Source: an uncultured Bacteroidota bacterium (lineage in GTDB: Bacteria > Bacteroidota > Bacteroidia > Cytophagales > Cyclobacteriaceae). Taken from it: a DNA stretch of 64,000 nt. Where the stretch lies: NCBI GenBank assembly GCA_963837415.1, contig CAWING010000012.1, positions 532,417 through 596,416 of the forward strand, read 5' to 3'. This document shows, one piece after another, positions 62,287 to 64,000 of this stretch. The stretch's first letter is position 1, and each line of letters starts with the position of its first letter. The position numbers and the translations under genes were made by a program. The notes below the pieces were generated by a model that was not told the origin of the DNA, did not search any database, and was given only the letters and a program-made list of their open reading frames with translations.

Positions 62287-62934
62287 TTAAGGTGTCAACA
62301 ACTTAAAGGCGTGTGACCACTGATTGTTAAGAAATCCCGGAATACACCAAAGTATACACAACGGTTCAATTGCGCGGGCAGCTTCGGCTTTACCCATATC
62401 GGCAATTTCCCATCCGAATAGATCTAAAATGTGAGAAGTTTCCTCCTTAGAAGCGTCATTATTGCCGCAGATAAACATGGTGGGTTTTCCTCCAGGCAGA
62501 GAGGGATTTACCATCTGCGCATTTCCGACGCTATTAAAAGCTTTAACAAAGTTGGCCTCGGGTGCCAATTTCTGTAGTCTTTCCATCAATGAATATTCTA
62601 ACGTCGTAAAATATTTCAGCACTCCGTTTTCTGGCGGAGCTTCGGATATTGGATTGGTCGTGTCGAGAATGGTTTTACCTTTTAGATTCGACGCAATAGA
62701 TTTTACTAAGGCTTCTGCACCATTCCCTTTTACAGCGAGCACTGCAATGTCGGCGAACTTTGAAGCTTCTTCAAAACTTCCAAGCTTCGCATCCACGTTT
62801 TTACTTTGCCAACTACTAAGCTTTTTCGTGTCGCGGCTTCCAACCATTACTTCATAACCATGTTTTAGAAATCCGCTTGCCAGAACTTGGCCTACCTGAC
62901 CAGATCCAAGAACACCAATTTTAGTTTTAGCCAT
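62287..62934 (-). CDS. NADPH-dependent F420 reductase-like oxidoreductase
   Basis: GSGQVG Rossmann motif, DTTNP, VKAFN, GND, D.G....AR..E. Confidence 0.85.
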   Translation of the reverse strand: MAKTKIGVLGSGQVGQVLASGFLKHGYEVMVGSRDTKKLSSWQSKNVDAKLGSFEEASKFADIAVLAVKGNGAEALVKSIASNLKGKTILDTTNPISEAPPENGVLKYFTTLEYSLMERLQKLAPEANFVKAFNSVGNAQMVNPSLPGGKPTMFICGNNDASKEETSHILDLFGWEIADMGKAEAARAIEPLCILWCIPGFLNNQWSHAFKLLTP

Positions 62935-62942
62935 AGTAATTT

Positions 62943-63011
62943 CAGATTTTAGCTTGACGATTTTAGATTTGATTCAATTTCCAATTTAATCGTACCCAAT
63001 CTACAATCGTA
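62943..63011. repeat. Heptamer inverted repeat, AGATT family
   Basis: CAGATTT TAGCTTG ACGATTT TAGATTT versus AATCGTA ... AATCTAC AATCGTA. Confidence 0.7.
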
Positions 63012-63013
63012 AT

Positions 63014-63526
63014 ATGCTAAAAATAGGACTGCTATCCGATACTCATGGCTATCTTGATCCAAAAGTTTTTGATCACTTTAAGTATTGCGATGAACTATGG
63101 CATGCCGGTGACATCGGGAATTCAACCGTTGCAGATGCGTTGGAAAAGTTTAAACCTTTGCGCGCAATTTTTGGAAATATTGATGATAAAAACTTACGGG
63201 AAAGATATCCTGAAGATTTGTTTTTCACATGCGAAGAAGTTAACATTTGGATGACACACATTGGTGGTATACCTCCAAACTATAATGAAAGGGTAAAAAA
63301 AATTTTAAAGCACAAAACTCCTGATCTTTTTATTTGCGGACACTCCCATATTCTAAGAGTCAAACGCGATCCTAATTTTAGCAACATGCTTTATGTAAAT
63401 CCAGGTGCTGCAGGAAATCAGGGATTTCATCCTATAAAAACGCTGGTACGATTTGAAGTAAATCAAAATAAAATTGAAAATATGGAAGTTATTGAAATAG
63501 GAAAAAGAGGAGCAATAAGCCTATGA
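63014..63526 (+). CDS. Metallophosphoesterase (YfcE family)
   Basis: SDTHG, HAGDIG, GNID, CGHSH, NPG. Confidence 0.9.
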   Translation: MLKIGLLSDTHGYLDPKVFDHFKYCDELWHAGDIGNSTVADALEKFKPLRAIFGNIDDKNLRERYPEDLFFTCEEVNIWMTHIGGIPPNYNERVKKILKHKTPDLFICGHSHILRVKRDPNFSNMLYVNPGAAGNQGFHPIKTLVRFEVNQNKIENMEVIEIGKRGAISL

Positions 63527-63622
63527 GTAAAATTCTGATAGGCTGTAAATTTCCATGTGAGACAGCTGTTCACTATGCTATGATGCTACTTTGACCTAAC
63601 CTGCGAGAACCTATTGGTAAGG

Positions 63623-64000
63623 CTAGACGTACTGGTTTAACATAACAGGCATCACCAGCATCAGAATGTCTTCACTGTTATCCTTTTCAGCGGGTAAGAT
63701 TACACCTGCTTTATTTGGAGCAGACATCGTCAGTTTGATTTTAGTCGAATCCATATTGGTGAGCATCTCGATCAAAAATTTAGCATTGAATCCTATTTCA
63801 ATATCTTCTCCGTCGTGCTCACAGGAAAGCCTTTCGTTTGCTTCATTGGAAAAATCTAAGTCCTCAGCGGAGATTTGCAGTTCACTACCTGTTATTTTTA
63901 ACCTTACCTGATGTGTGGTTTTATTAGCGTATATAGAAATACGTTTCAATGCCCCTAATAAATCACTTCGCTCAATCATCATTTGAATGTTATTCTGCGT
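63623..64000 (-). CDS. dnaN: DNA polymerase III beta clamp, 3' part (truncated by the window edge)
   Basis: ALKRISIYANKTT, SAEDLDFSNEA, IGFNAKFL, MLVMP. Confidence 0.95.
   Translation of the reverse strand, partial: TQNNIQMMIERSDLLGALKRISIYANKTTHQVRLKITGSELQISAEDLDFSNEANERLSCEHDGEDIEIGFNAKFLIEMLTNMDSTKIKLTMSAPNKAGVILPAEKDNSEDILMLVMPVMLNQYV

Noticed and set aside
1-64000. tRNA, rRNA, IS transposase, integrase or prophage genes
   Set aside because: None recognised by eye; a tRNAscan-SE/Infernal run would be needed to exclude small ncRNAs.

Overview
A 64-kb chromosomal segment from a Bacteroidota bacterium, most likely Cytophagales-like (FtsZ ending NNKFLHDNVD, PorQ, TAnnTTTG promoters, rplM-rpsI-rpsB-tsf operon). 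It is mostly housekeeping DNA: the dcw cluster (mraZ to ftsZ, minus strand), tonB, mnmA, cmk, a MATE pump, a PhoB/PhoR-like two-component system, recA, queA, ispD, ettA, a RelBE-like TA pair, lpxL-like, sixA, hslU-porQ-lon, an ECF sigma/anti-sigma/DUF4097 operon and the 3' end of dnaN. Many essential genes carry 1-nt frameshifts, which I read as sequencing error. The most notable signal is non-coding. About a dozen intergenic elements are built from 7-bp periodic degenerate repeats, mostly arranged as inverted arms. They fall into several sequence families that share one polarity (G-N-T core in the left arm, A-N-C in the right arm) and often supply the stop or start codon of a neighbouring gene. 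One of them encloses a four-helix-bundle (TIGR02436 / 23S-IVS-protein / Avd-like) gene between mraZ and rsmH. This suggests a possible loaded-versus-empty element system. A second candidate is a 5-codon uORF (MILIF, resembling the macrolide-sensing MsrDL leader) followed by a terminator-like hairpin upstream of the MATE pump. All calls come from reading the sequence; no database searches were run.
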